From NCBI RefSeq assembly GCF_006345805.1, contig NC_042997.1:21142001-21206000 (forward strand): a stretch of DNA of 64,000 nucleotides. The letters run 5' to 3'. The notes beneath the pieces were generated by a model, which made no database searches, was not told the origin of the DNA, and saw only the letters and a program-made list of their open reading frames with translations. Origin of the DNA: Octopus sinensis. Its lineage: Eukaryota. Every line of letters starts with the position of its first letter. Positions within the stretch are counted from its first letter, which is position 1. The translations under genes and the position numbers were made by a program. Shown one piece after another: positions 51,731 through 64,000 of this stretch.

Positions 51731-52005
51731 TCTGCCAAGAATTCATAACAACCTCGAGCCAACAAGAGTAAACAAGTGAGACAGAGACTGGCAGAAACAA
51801 GGAAAATGCCCCTTGTATTTGAATACTGTGCAAATATTCTTTTAAAAATTTTTTTCTTTTAATTTTTCCAAATTGTATTTTCCATACTTACAGTTGAAAA
51901 AGTCTCAATGACTGAAACCGGTAGTGAAATGGTTTTTATCAAATTATTTTATAATTTTCTACCTTGACTTTTTCCATGTATGTATATGTATACATATACT
52001 CACAC

Positions 52006-52090
<85 letters not shown>

Positions 52091-52101
52091 ATATATATAT
52101 G

Positions 52102-52132
<31 letters not shown>

Positions 52133-52364
52133 GTATATATGTATGTATGCACACACACACACACAAACATATATATATATAAGCATCGGTTAAGTGATGT
52201 AGACATCTGTAATGAGAACTCAGTAAGGTTCGAAATTCGATTAAGGCTTAAGGCTATTCATCATTTTTTAATTTGAGAAATAGTTAAATTCCCTTGTCTG
52301 TATGTCTACTACATTGGTTACACACACACATACACACACATATGCACACACACATAGATTGACA

Positions 52365-52399
52365 GACAGACATACAGACAGACAGACAGATAGACAGAC

Positions 52400-52473
<74 letters not shown>

Positions 52474-52482
52474 GTAGGTAGG

Positions 52483-52551
<69 letters not shown>

Positions 52552-52552
52552 T
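52365..52552. repeat. (GACA)n/(GATA)n microsatellite
   Basis: Directly visible. Confidence 0.95.
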
Positions 52553-52605
52553 GGTAAATAGACATGTGTGTGGTGCTCTTTCTGATACAAATATCGGCGA
52601 AAGTT

Positions 52606-52735
52606 ACTCACTTATCGGGAGAAAAGCAATGATCCCAAGCTTTCGAATAAAAATACTTTGCTTGTTCCACTCGCGTTGCCCAGACACCTCTTCGTTGCTG
52701 TAGCAACGGACTTGCAGTTAACTAGCGATTGGCCT
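52606..52735 (-). promoter_or_regulatory. Candidate promoter and first exon: CCAAT box, two RFX X-box-like motifs and a GTGAGT donor
   Basis: GTTGCTGTAGCAAC (52694-52707, palindromic half-sites), GTTGCCCAGACAC (52675-52687), CCAAT on minus (52732-52728), donor at 52611-52606; CpG-retaining unique sequence. Confidence 0.5.
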
Positions 52736-53419
52736 GTAGCTAATGGCACTGTTTTTCATATGAAAGATAAAATATGAATAAAAACAAATTCAGCCCTGAA
52801 ACGTGTACGGTACTGGATGCAAAGTTGAAACCACACGACATTAATTTATTTCTGTTGTCAAGTAATCATGAGTAATGATAATGAATTGGAATTGATAATG
52901 AATGGGTACAAGCTAGATCCGCATCAGTTTTACTTGTTGCAGGGTTATAACAACGAAGTATTGTGAAATAAATTTATTGAATCCGAATTATACAAATTTT
53001 TCCTAATTTTCATGTTGTATAGAATAGGTAACACACAAGTAATGCTCTTGACTGAAGACTAAACTTTTTTAATAACCCCAAATTTCGAATCTGTTTCATT
53101 AAAATTCACACACATAAACATAAATACATACATAATAATACATAATACATACATACACACACACTCTCTCTCACACACACAAAATAATGTATATTATATG
53201 ATAATACCAGGTGATAGCAAAGGTAATAAGTTTATGTTCCAGCCATCCATCTGAGATTTGTGCCCTAAAGAAGACGATAATAAGCAATGTAGGTGCATTT
53301 GTAATGTTTATCTACATTACAAATATAAACTAAGTTATCTATTACATATATGTGGAAATATATTTGTTTCCGCCGAGGTATTCAAAATTTGTAAAATGAA
53401 TACTGACAAAAGTCTTTTT

Positions 53420-53775
53420 TATCTTTTGTTTCAATAATTGGAATGCAGCCATGCTGGAGTACAGCCTCAAAAGGTTTTAGTCGAACAGACCGATCCTAAT
53501 ACTTTTCTTTTTAAAGTCTCATATTTATTTTATCGAACTCTCTGCCGAACCGCGAATTTACGTGGACGAAAACAAACCAACACCAGTTCTCAAACGCTGT
53601 GGGGAGAAACAAAGATATACACATGTACACACAGCTTCCGATTACAAAATTAACTCACAAATCATTTGTAGGTCCGGGCATATATTTAAAGACACTTCTC
53701 GAATGTGTCGAGCAGTGATAATGAACCCGAAAGCACGAGGTTGAAAAGCGAGTATCTTAATCTCACAGTCATGAC
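53420..53775 (-). mobile_element. Old full-length CORE-SINE
   Basis: Degenerate tRNA head, aagtgtctt CORE-like segment and the same tail as 59095-59270. Confidence 0.65.
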
Positions 53776-55652
53776 TGTGTCGCTAATGGGTGCTGGTTGC
53801 TTGCCGTCCCATGACTGAAAATATGTTTCTTTGCTGCATTAAAAAATAACTTAAACAATACCTGCGAATGTTTAACTGGTCTATTTATTGTCGCGCATAA
53901 AGATAATCTGCATAGGCCATTTGTAGTTAACAACAATAATTACAGACTGGGAGAGAGATACTACTTTGAAATTACAGGAAGCTATCTATACTGAAATGTG
54001 CGGTCGGCCCAACATTTCTGAAATTGACTGCACTACCTTCGTGGCAACGGACGACCTTGATCATCTGTTCTAAGCCCTCTGCATTGGTCGTCAGTCTGTG
54101 AAGAATGGAGGCACATGTTGCTCAACTGATTCCACATTCTGTTATTAACTACCGACAAAAGCAGCCTTTTATAAGGTACAGGAAGAAGATCCTAGAAGAT
54201 TAAATTATGTCACAGCCCGACGCTGACAGATCGTGTGAAAGTATTGGGATCTGGCCGTGATGTCTGACATGTGTTTGGAATCATCGCTACATCTGCACCT
54301 AAAAGTATTCATTATTATATGTTATTATTCACTCTCTTTAACATGTTTATAGCATTTATATCAAACTCTAACTTTAACGTGTTGAAATTACATTTTGAAA
54401 TATCCGTTTTCTGGTTCTGTTTGTGTATATTTTTCTAGTCATTCATCCAGAAAATTTTCTTCCCTACATTGTGTATGAAGAAAGATTCAACCTCACAAGG
54501 TACACGTATTTAGATGCACAAATGCTTATTCGTATCTGTCTATATATATATATATGCACATCTATAAAGATAAACCGTTAATTACTGTACTCTCACACAC
54601 ATTTGCCACCCCACTTTATTTCTCACACCTATGCTTTGGTAAGCTTACTATCTATCATGCAAGCTCGTACTCTCGAGTGTATACATACTTGCTCTCACTT
54701 AAAGAAACACATAGTCTTTCTTTCTAACTCACATTCTTTCTCTCTCTCTCTCTCTCTTTCACACACACACACATAAACACACACGCACACAGAATCATTG
54801 GCTCGTAGACTTAATCACTCACCCGGTTAATACTGCTACCTGACCCTTGGGCCTCTTTAATAAAGTCTACTCTGTTGGAAGTACATCGGCCAGGTCTACT
54901 GTGTGAGGGTAACTTTCTGCATTTCTCTTACCAGTTCAAACAAACGTTCCTAAGAGTACCACAAACCCTCTCTTTTTCTCCTGAAAATATCATGTAAGAA
55001 CGCACAACGCACGCTCTCCCAAATACATATATTTTCATCCCATCCCATTTTCTTTCACTCTCTTAAACACACGCATACAGAACTACAGTTTTTCATATTC
55101 TCTACGTCTCATGCACTACATACTCACAAGTACACATATTTCTACGCATAAAACTTGTCTTTCACATGTAAACTCGTGTATGCGTGCTGCGCGAACACAA
55201 TATTTTACGCTTACGTACACAGTGTACACTGTCGCATGTCACACTCGCTTACACACGTCATGTCTAATAAACAAAACCATTCTGCCAGTTTTTGTTTTCG
55301 GTGCAGTGACCTACTACCATCCCTACCTCCACCGGAGTCATTACCGACGCCACCACCACCGCTAGCACCACCGTCGCCGCTGCCACCAACACCACCGCCA
55401 CTATTACCAACCCATCAAAGCAGATTTCTATCCGTTAATCAAACTCCATCAGCTATTGACTGTCATATATTTTATATTTGCATCGACGCTTGTCTCTTTT
55501 TAATTCCTTTCTCACTATCATCGTCATCGTCATTATCGATGTCATCATCATCATTAACGTAATTTTCAGCGGAATCCGTGTAACAAAATATGACGAATTT
55601 GGCCGTTTAAATTACAGATATGATCCACCTGACGGGCTTCCGTACAGTTTCT

Positions 55653-55883
55653 TATTTCTTTATTACCCACAAGGGGCTACACACAGAGGGGACAAACAAG
55701 GACAGACAAATGGATTAAGTCGATTATATCGACCCCAGTGCGTAAGTGGTACTTAATTTATCAACCTCGAAAGGATGAAAGGCAAAGTCGACCTCGGCGG
55801 AATTTGAACTCAGAACGTAGCGGCAGACGAAATACTGCAAAGCATTTCACCCAGCGTGCTAACGTTTCTGCCAGCTCGCCGCC
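55653..55883 (-). mobile_element. Full-length young tRNA-SINE nested in an older CORE-SINE (~55625-56020)
   Basis: Close match to 42013-42243; acagtttctt duplicated at both ends; flanks continue the gacgggctt...aaat....ctc.. pattern of the older family. Confidence 0.85.
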
Positions 55884-57357
55884 TTTCACACAGTTTCTTT
55901 CAACCAAATTTTACTCCGACCCGGGGTTATGTAGAAAATGATACTTGTCAAAGATGCCTAGCTGTGCTATGGAACCTAAGACTTAGTAATTCTTAAGCAT
56001 TTGATTACACAGCGCCTACGCATAGACACACACATACACATACATATTCACCTAAACACACACACGTGCACACACACACACACAAACCATTCAAAGCGCT
56101 CTCACATAACTTTATATCCTTTTAAATAAAGAAAAGAATATTAGTTAATGTATTGTATTCTACATGAATGGACCATCTATCGGCCTCGACGCTCAGTAAT
56201 CATTTGTACAATGAGAAAACCGCCAACTCATTGAGTAATAGTTTCGGTGGCTGAGTACAATGCTTACTTTAGCTCGATATTGTTTGATTCTAAGGGCAAG
56301 ACGAGCTAACATTAGTAGTTGTTAGACTCTTACAATCAGGATGAAGGCTCTGTCTCGCAGAAGCTCCAATAATTAGTAAAATGTTGTACTCCAATTTGGT
56401 CGAAGTAATTATGTGAATGAAACGTGGGTTATTACAGTCGTTGTTATTGCTGCTTTTTTCAATCCAGATCAGCTATAATCGAGTAGAGATGTGATTAAAT
56501 GTATTCAAAACAGTATTTCAACTTACTTCTTGCCATTGTGTCCCAAAGTTTAGATTATCCAAAATATATCATTTGTTATATGTATCTTCAATGCAATCCT
56601 CAGCCTCAGTCAGTATCAGTATTATTGTAACAAGTGAACATAGGATGAAGATGGCTATTTGAATTATAGAGTAAAATATCAGTCATCGTGTTTCAGCTTT
56701 CGTTTATCTGGTTTTACTCACAAGTCTTAGTCGAGGCGATGTTAAATGGCATTTGTCTAAGATATCACGCGATTGGATTTAACTCAGAACTGCATGGCAA
56801 CGAAGAGAACTTTTAAACAATTTAACCTTGCTTCGTCTCATTGAATACCAACTAGAATATCAACTGTTATTTAAGAGGTATGGAGGAACCCTCAGAAGGA
56901 AGAAATAATGTGGCTAAGATGATCAAATATATCGAAAGTATAAGCGTTGACTGGGGTCTAAATAGAAATGGCCAAAGCAACATACTTTCCAGTTCCTTTG
57001 CGACATGCATACCATGTCGAAAAATTGTTATTATATATTTAATTGTGTAGTATTAACAAAAAGAAATGAATGATATTAAATAATTGTTTTTGCTTTGTGC
57101 AAATTTATGAGAAGTCTTTACATAAGAATATGATTATTTTCACAAGACGAAAGCATTTCCTAATTATTTCTATTTTAATTTGTTAATAAGATATGAAAAA
57201 ATAACTTGATGTATTCATTCACGCCGCCCCACTCACGCACATTCACACACACACATACACATATGCACATATATACTTGCACAATTTCAAACACACACAT
57301 ATAAATATATAAATATATGTGTGCATGTGTATGTGTGAGTGAACATTTATGTATGTG

Positions 57358-57408
<51 letters not shown>

Positions 57409-58653
57409 ATGTGTGTGTGTGTGTGTGTGTGTATGTGTGTGTGTGAAAGTGTATGGTTTGTATTTCAACGTCTACACACATAAGCGTACGTATATATGTG
57501 TAGTATAATATACTCTTAATCTACACATATGCGTATACATACATATTTCAATTTGCTTTCCATTTCCATTCATTTTCATTGGTCTTGTATTTTTTTTTTC
57601 ATGATTTCATTAACTAGTTTATATTTTCTTCTATTTCTAAGCTGGGTATATCTATGATTAATTAAAACTTCGTGATAATGGCTTGTTTTATGCATACATA
57701 GTTGCATACTAATTAGACTTATCACAAAAGTTTATAAAAATCTTTAATGTGAATAGTGTTAATACCTTTATGCAACTGACGAAGATTTTTTAAAATTCTA
57801 TAATGTAATAATTGTGATAGTGAACTGTAATAAAATAGCGAATGTTGTACAATACAACTTTAGTTTGGTGCTCTTTGATTCTAAGAACTAGACAAGCTAG
57901 AGTTAACAGTCTTTCGCTCACAACGGGGTCTCTCTCACGCAATCTTCGCTAATTAGTTGCCAAATAAATTTACTCCAATTTATTCGAAATATTTATATTA
58001 ATTAGAGACAAGTCATTGTACTTGTTACTTTTCTAGTTTTTTCTTCCTAAATCGGCTTTCATCGAGTAGATCTATGATCAAAGCTATTCAAAACAAAACT
58101 ATTCCATCTTGTTTCCAGTCGTAGTGTTTCAGATACTACATTATACAATTTGTCTATCTTTCCATTCTTTAAACGGTAGCTGAATGGGCCAGACAAAGTG
58201 ACAGAGTCTGTTGCAATAAACAGCATAGATAATACGTAAATGACGAGTATGTCATCCGTTGTTAGCTTCACCAGTTATCTTGTTTTACAATTTTTTATAT
58301 ACTGGATCTTTGCCTGGAGATGAGATACATTCAGTTTGTCCTTTACTACTGCAATGTATATCTTTCGTAGGTTGATGGCTTACATAAGAAACTGTATGAA
58401 AAGATAAACACCGTTCCATGGTTTTCAATTCATGATACGTTCAATTCAATAGAGAAATACAGAATTTTTACATACATTACGAAGTAGTGCTTTATAATAT
58501 ATATATTGTATAACTTCTGTAAAATTAAGAGATCCAGTCAATTTCAGTAGGAGTTGAAAACAGCTCAAAAATATTTACAGCGTGAAATCTGTATCAGCAC
58601 CCTATGAGGATACACATTCATCACCCATTTTTTATACTGTTAAAGATCGATGT

Positions 58654-58972
58654 GAAGGCGCGTGGCTTAGTGGTCAGGCTATTCGGCTTACGATCGTAAG
58701 ATCGTGATTTCAATTCTCGGCGACGCGTTGTGTCCTTCAGCAAGACACTTTATTTCATATTGCTCCAGTCCACTCATCTGGCAAAAATAAGTAGTATCTG
58801 TTTCAAAGGACCAGCCTTGTCACATTCTGTATCATGCTGAATCTCTCTGAGGTCTACTTTAAGGGTACGCACGTTAGTGGTGTGCTCAACTTCTAGCACG
58901 TTAATTTCACGAGCAGGATGTTCCGTTGATCGGATCACTTGGAACCCTCGTTGTCGTAACCGACGGAGTGCC
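58654..58972 (+). mobile_element. tRNA-derived CORE-SINE
   Basis: A box GTGGCTTAGTGG, degenerate B box, CORE ttgtgtccttcagcaagacacttt. Confidence 0.8.
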
Positions 58973-59094
58973 AGTAGAAAGATAGATAAACGTGAGGCAA
59001 AGATGAAGACCCTAGATGATCGCTTTTCCCATGAAAAATATCAGACGAATCTAACTAAAAACAGATTCAACTATCATAACTCTTACTCTTTTAC

Positions 59095-59475
59095 TTGTTT
59101 CAGTCATTTGACTGTGACCATGCTGGAACACCGCCTTTAGTCGAGCAAAACGATCCCAGAACTTATTCTTTGTAAGCTTAGTACTTATTCTATCGGTATC
59201 TTTCGCCGAACCGCTAAGTTACGGGGACGTAAACGCACTACCATCGGTTGTCAAGCGAGGTTGGGGAACAAACACAGACACACAAACATATACACACACA
59301 TACACACATATATATGACGGGCTTCTTTCAGTTTCCGTCTACCAAATCCACTCACAAGGCTTTGGTCTATAGTAGAAGACACTTGCCCAAGGTGCCACGC
59401 AATGGGACTGAACCCGGAACCATGTGGTTGGTAAGCAAGCTATTTAACACACAGCCACTCCACAGCCACTCCTAT
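59095..59475 (-). mobile_element. Full-length CORE-SINE with an internal (TG)n/(TA)n stretch
   Basis: Head gtggctgtgtg.taaa.agcttgctt..caaccacatggttccgggttcagtccc, CORE ccttgggcaagtgtcttc, tail ending ctgaaacaagtaaaag. Confidence 0.88.
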
Positions 59476-60179
59476 ATAATTTTCTTATAGATCTAAGTAT
59501 TCTCCTTATTGGTAACTGAGTGTGTGAGATGACGAGAATGGTGAAGTGAAATAATATGCTTGTTTAACAGAAGAAACGAGGTGATATCGCTTTTCAGGCA
59601 ATGATAAAATCAGTTTAAAATCTGGTCCAGACAACCAACAGAGTAAATGCTTGATGGTGCAATGGTAGAGGAAACGACAGTAGGTGCACAGAAATGCTAA
59701 CAATAACTAAGAAAGAAATAAGAGTAAGAAAAATCAACTCCAGGATTTAAAGACACACAATATAAAATACAGAAGCCCAACGGAATAAGATATTAAGTAA
59801 GAATTTATGAAGTAAACTGATGGATAATTTTAGTGAAATTAAACATGACGTTGTGATCGATATCAAATGAATAAACTAATGAAGTTGGAAAACAAGATAT
59901 AGTTAAGCGAAAAGGGATACGATTATGCACTCAACCAACGAATACAGGATAACAATTGGATTGCTCAACGTCAAAAATTGCACAGTCGCACAATTATAAA
60001 TAAGCAGAATATGATTACAAAACTAACAAGTAAAATAAGACCAACCGACGAATAAGTAAATGAAAAAAAAAACAGAAACATGAAATATATAAAAAAAAAA
60101 GATCATCAGCGGCTAGGCTACAATAATAAAATTAATGAAGAGTGAACAGCAATGAATTAATAAATAAAACCTTAAAACA

Positions 60180-61060
<881 letters not shown>

Positions 61061-62224
61061 GTTTGTATATATGTTTATAGGCATACATGTATATATCTAT
61101 GTATGTGTGCGTGTGTGTGTGTATTTGGTGTATGTGCGCATGTAGCAATAGATACTGAGAAAAAACAGAAAGAGCATGGTGGGGAGACAGATGAAACGTT
61201 AGTAAGCAACATAAAATATATGGTAAATATGGAGTATACAAAAGCGTACTTCTGCAAATATATAATTCAGATCTATACATATATACATACATACATACAT
61301 GCATACATACATACATACATACATACATGCATACATACATACATACATACATACTTACATACATGCATGCGTACATACATAATATTCATACGTATATGCA
61401 TACATATGCATATACATATGCATTTATATAATTTGAAAATTGCTAATATAAAAAGATGGTCTGATAAAACAGCAGTTATAAGGCAGAAATATCGAACTAG
61501 ACGCTCGAAATGAGAAACATATATTTATATGAAACTGTGTTCAGCAGCCCGGTATGCTTGCTAAAATTTTCACGGAGATGGCAATTCACTGCTGAATTGC
61601 CATTTTATGATGTTGATTAATACCGCATATGTCTACATAAGGCTAAAGATCTGAAATGGTAACACCTGCATTTTATTATTGACAGTGTAATTTTACGGAT
61701 AAATTCAGAAAGCGAGAAAATCGTGTACAGCATTCCATATGAAAAATTCTGCGAAGGAGAAGAGAAATAAATGAAGCATAGTTGCAAAATACTTTGAAGT
61801 GCGTAGATTCTTATCGATTAAAAACATTACTAATCATTTTACCTGTTTCGAGATTTACGTATAAGTAAAAACTAGATTAAAAGAGGAAGACATACCTACA
61901 GAAGTTTTCGCATAAATGTGTGTAATCGCTTGTGTAAAAAAATTGCCTTTTGTTAACGGCTTTAGGCGAAGTGCTCACTGAAATGTTTTATTTGCTATTA
62001 TTTTCAAAATGGTCAGCACACACTTGCATACAGTAATGAAGATATCTGCGTTTACGTTCACTTTTCTGAAAGCTTCATACCATTTCATTTCAGGAATCAA
62101 TCATTATGGCAAATAACGAAACTACCGCTTATGAAATTATGTGTATGTGCATGTATGTTCTTTTATTTGGTTACTTTTACTTATATGTCATCCATGTTCT
62201 TGAACAAAAGCACACCACTTTGGA

Positions 62225-62259
<35 letters not shown>

Positions 62260-63090
62260 CGCGCGCGCGCGTGCGTGCGAGCGTGTGTGTGGTTGTGTGC
62301 ATGTAAGCATGTATTTATAAATGTACGTCTGTATGTGTGCGCATGTCTGTGAGAAAGAGAAACAGAAAGAGACGGAGAGACAGCGAGACAGACAGACAGA
62401 CAGACAGACAGAGACAGACAGAGACAGACAGAGAGAGAGAGAGAGAGACTATTGAATAAATTAGTAGACAGTGGTGCATACACATGAGAGAAATAATTAC
62501 ACAAAATGAGGAAGTTATTTCGTACAATAAAATTTCCGAAAAATATTTTCAACAAACAATATTTTCATTTGTTTGAATAACAGTTGCAGCAGAAAATTCT
62601 ATAGCTAAATAATATATAAAAGATAATTACTATTTTAATATCTGTGATGATGTTGCAATGGTTATTATAAAATTCACTTTAGAAGAGTAGTCAAGGCATT
62701 TGAATACTATCTGAAATTACCCACTTATTCCAGGCAGAATTAGGATTACTTAATCACAAGATATATTATAATAGAATTCAATGGAGTCAGCAGTATATGT
62801 AGACACCCAATGCAATTATATTGATGTGATACAACGGTTTACCTATAAAAATATAACGAAAATTCTAAACCAGCTGTTTTGCTTTCATACAGGATATTCA
62901 CCCAGTCACGCTATACTAAAGATTACTGCAACTTTCATTTAATGTCAACTACATTATAATGGTTGAAAAACGTAAAAGCGTTTTTATTGATCTGAATTTA
63001 TGTCACAGGGCAACTGTTGATTCATTCCAATCAATTGATATCTTGTTATCGTAGCTTCGTCAGAGTATTTGTTAATACCCTAATGTGTGT

Positions 63091-63146
<56 letters not shown>

Positions 63147-64000
63147 TTGTGTGTGTGTGTCTCTTGAAAAACTGAACTATTTATGTCTGGCTTATATAAT
63201 ATGTGATCTTTTTTAATCGGTAGAATGTATTTCAGTTATAGTACAGTATACAAAAAATGCCTACGTTTGTGAATATTTCTCAATGAAGGAGTGAGTATGA
63301 AGGTGTATATGTGTCTACATGTGAGCATGTGTAATTACGAAAGTCAAATGAAGGAGTTCGTTTATATAGTTTTCAATATTTTATTAATTTTATTGGATAT
63401 CATGTGGAATTCATCATAGGTTGTAATAATATCGAAATATAACTGAACGTGCTCATATGGTTTAAATAATCAAGTAAGCATTCAGTATTTTATAAGCACA
63501 CACAGACTCAATCACAATCACAATCACACACACACAAACATATGCATGTACTGTAAGATTATAGTCGATTGCTACAAGAGTATTATAGTTTTGCTCCTAC
63601 AAGTTCGTCTCAGAAATAATAAAAATATACCGTTAAAAGCATTAGCTGTGCTACGGGCCTACACTAAGTTAGGACTTGTTTATAGCGTGGAACTTGAAAA
63701 TCAATTTCAGTACCAATCTAAAAACCGCTACATTTTCTAGGTATTTCACTACAAATAATCAGGCAATAACGAAGATATGACGTGGATAAAAACTACAACT
63801 ACCTCCAACTATCACAAAGTTAGTAAATATATCAACCAAGGAAGTAGCAAATCTAACCATTTGTTAGGTTATTTTGAACCATGATCTTATCACTAATTGC
63901 AATAATACAAAACTAAGATGCGGCTTGAAAAAAGTTTAGGAGATCCACGAATAGCATAATTGGTGTGGTGAGGGTCACGACACCCATCTGCATGAATAGA

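Noticed and set aside
51544-51833. Poly-E/G or poly-R ORF as an acidic protein exon
   Set aside because: It coincides with a (TTC/TCC)n repeat that is open in several frames, and has no convincing splice sites.
57765-57800. CUGACGA followed by a hairpin
   Set aside because: No GAAA, and no stem I or stem III.
58059-58271. 70-aa ORF with a signal-peptide-like start
   Set aside because: It starts at GTG, has no recognisable family and no splice context.

Overview
AT-rich, microsatellite- and transposon-dense eukaryotic DNA. The SINE families match ones I recall from Octopus genomes, so an octopod origin is an inference. There is no long intact host ORF; most listed ORFs are translations of (TA)n/(CA)n/(GATA)n arrays. 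Recognisable elements: a young 5'-truncated Penelope-like retroelement (RT + GIY-YIG, ~28.1-30.6 kb, minus), a degenerate RTE LINE (21.9-23.5 kb), R4/Dong-type and CR1-group fragments, four Tc1/mariner-superfamily relics (three with both TIRs visible), Helitron-like relics, fold-back elements and many tRNA-derived SINEs, two of them inserted as TSD-flanked multimers. Short, phase-compatible candidate exons on the minus strand and a candidate RFX/CCAAT promoter at ~52.7 kb suggest most of the window is intronic in an unidentified gene; this model is tentative. The most notable unexplained structure is a set of type I hammerhead-ribozyme motifs: a retrozyme-like tandem dimer of ~330-bp units (49.26-49.90 kb), an intact-core hammerhead with a long stem II (30.80-30.88 kb), a minimal minus-strand hammerhead (2.62-2.67 kb) and several degenerate relatives. 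All folding and exon calls were made by eye and need computational and experimental checks.
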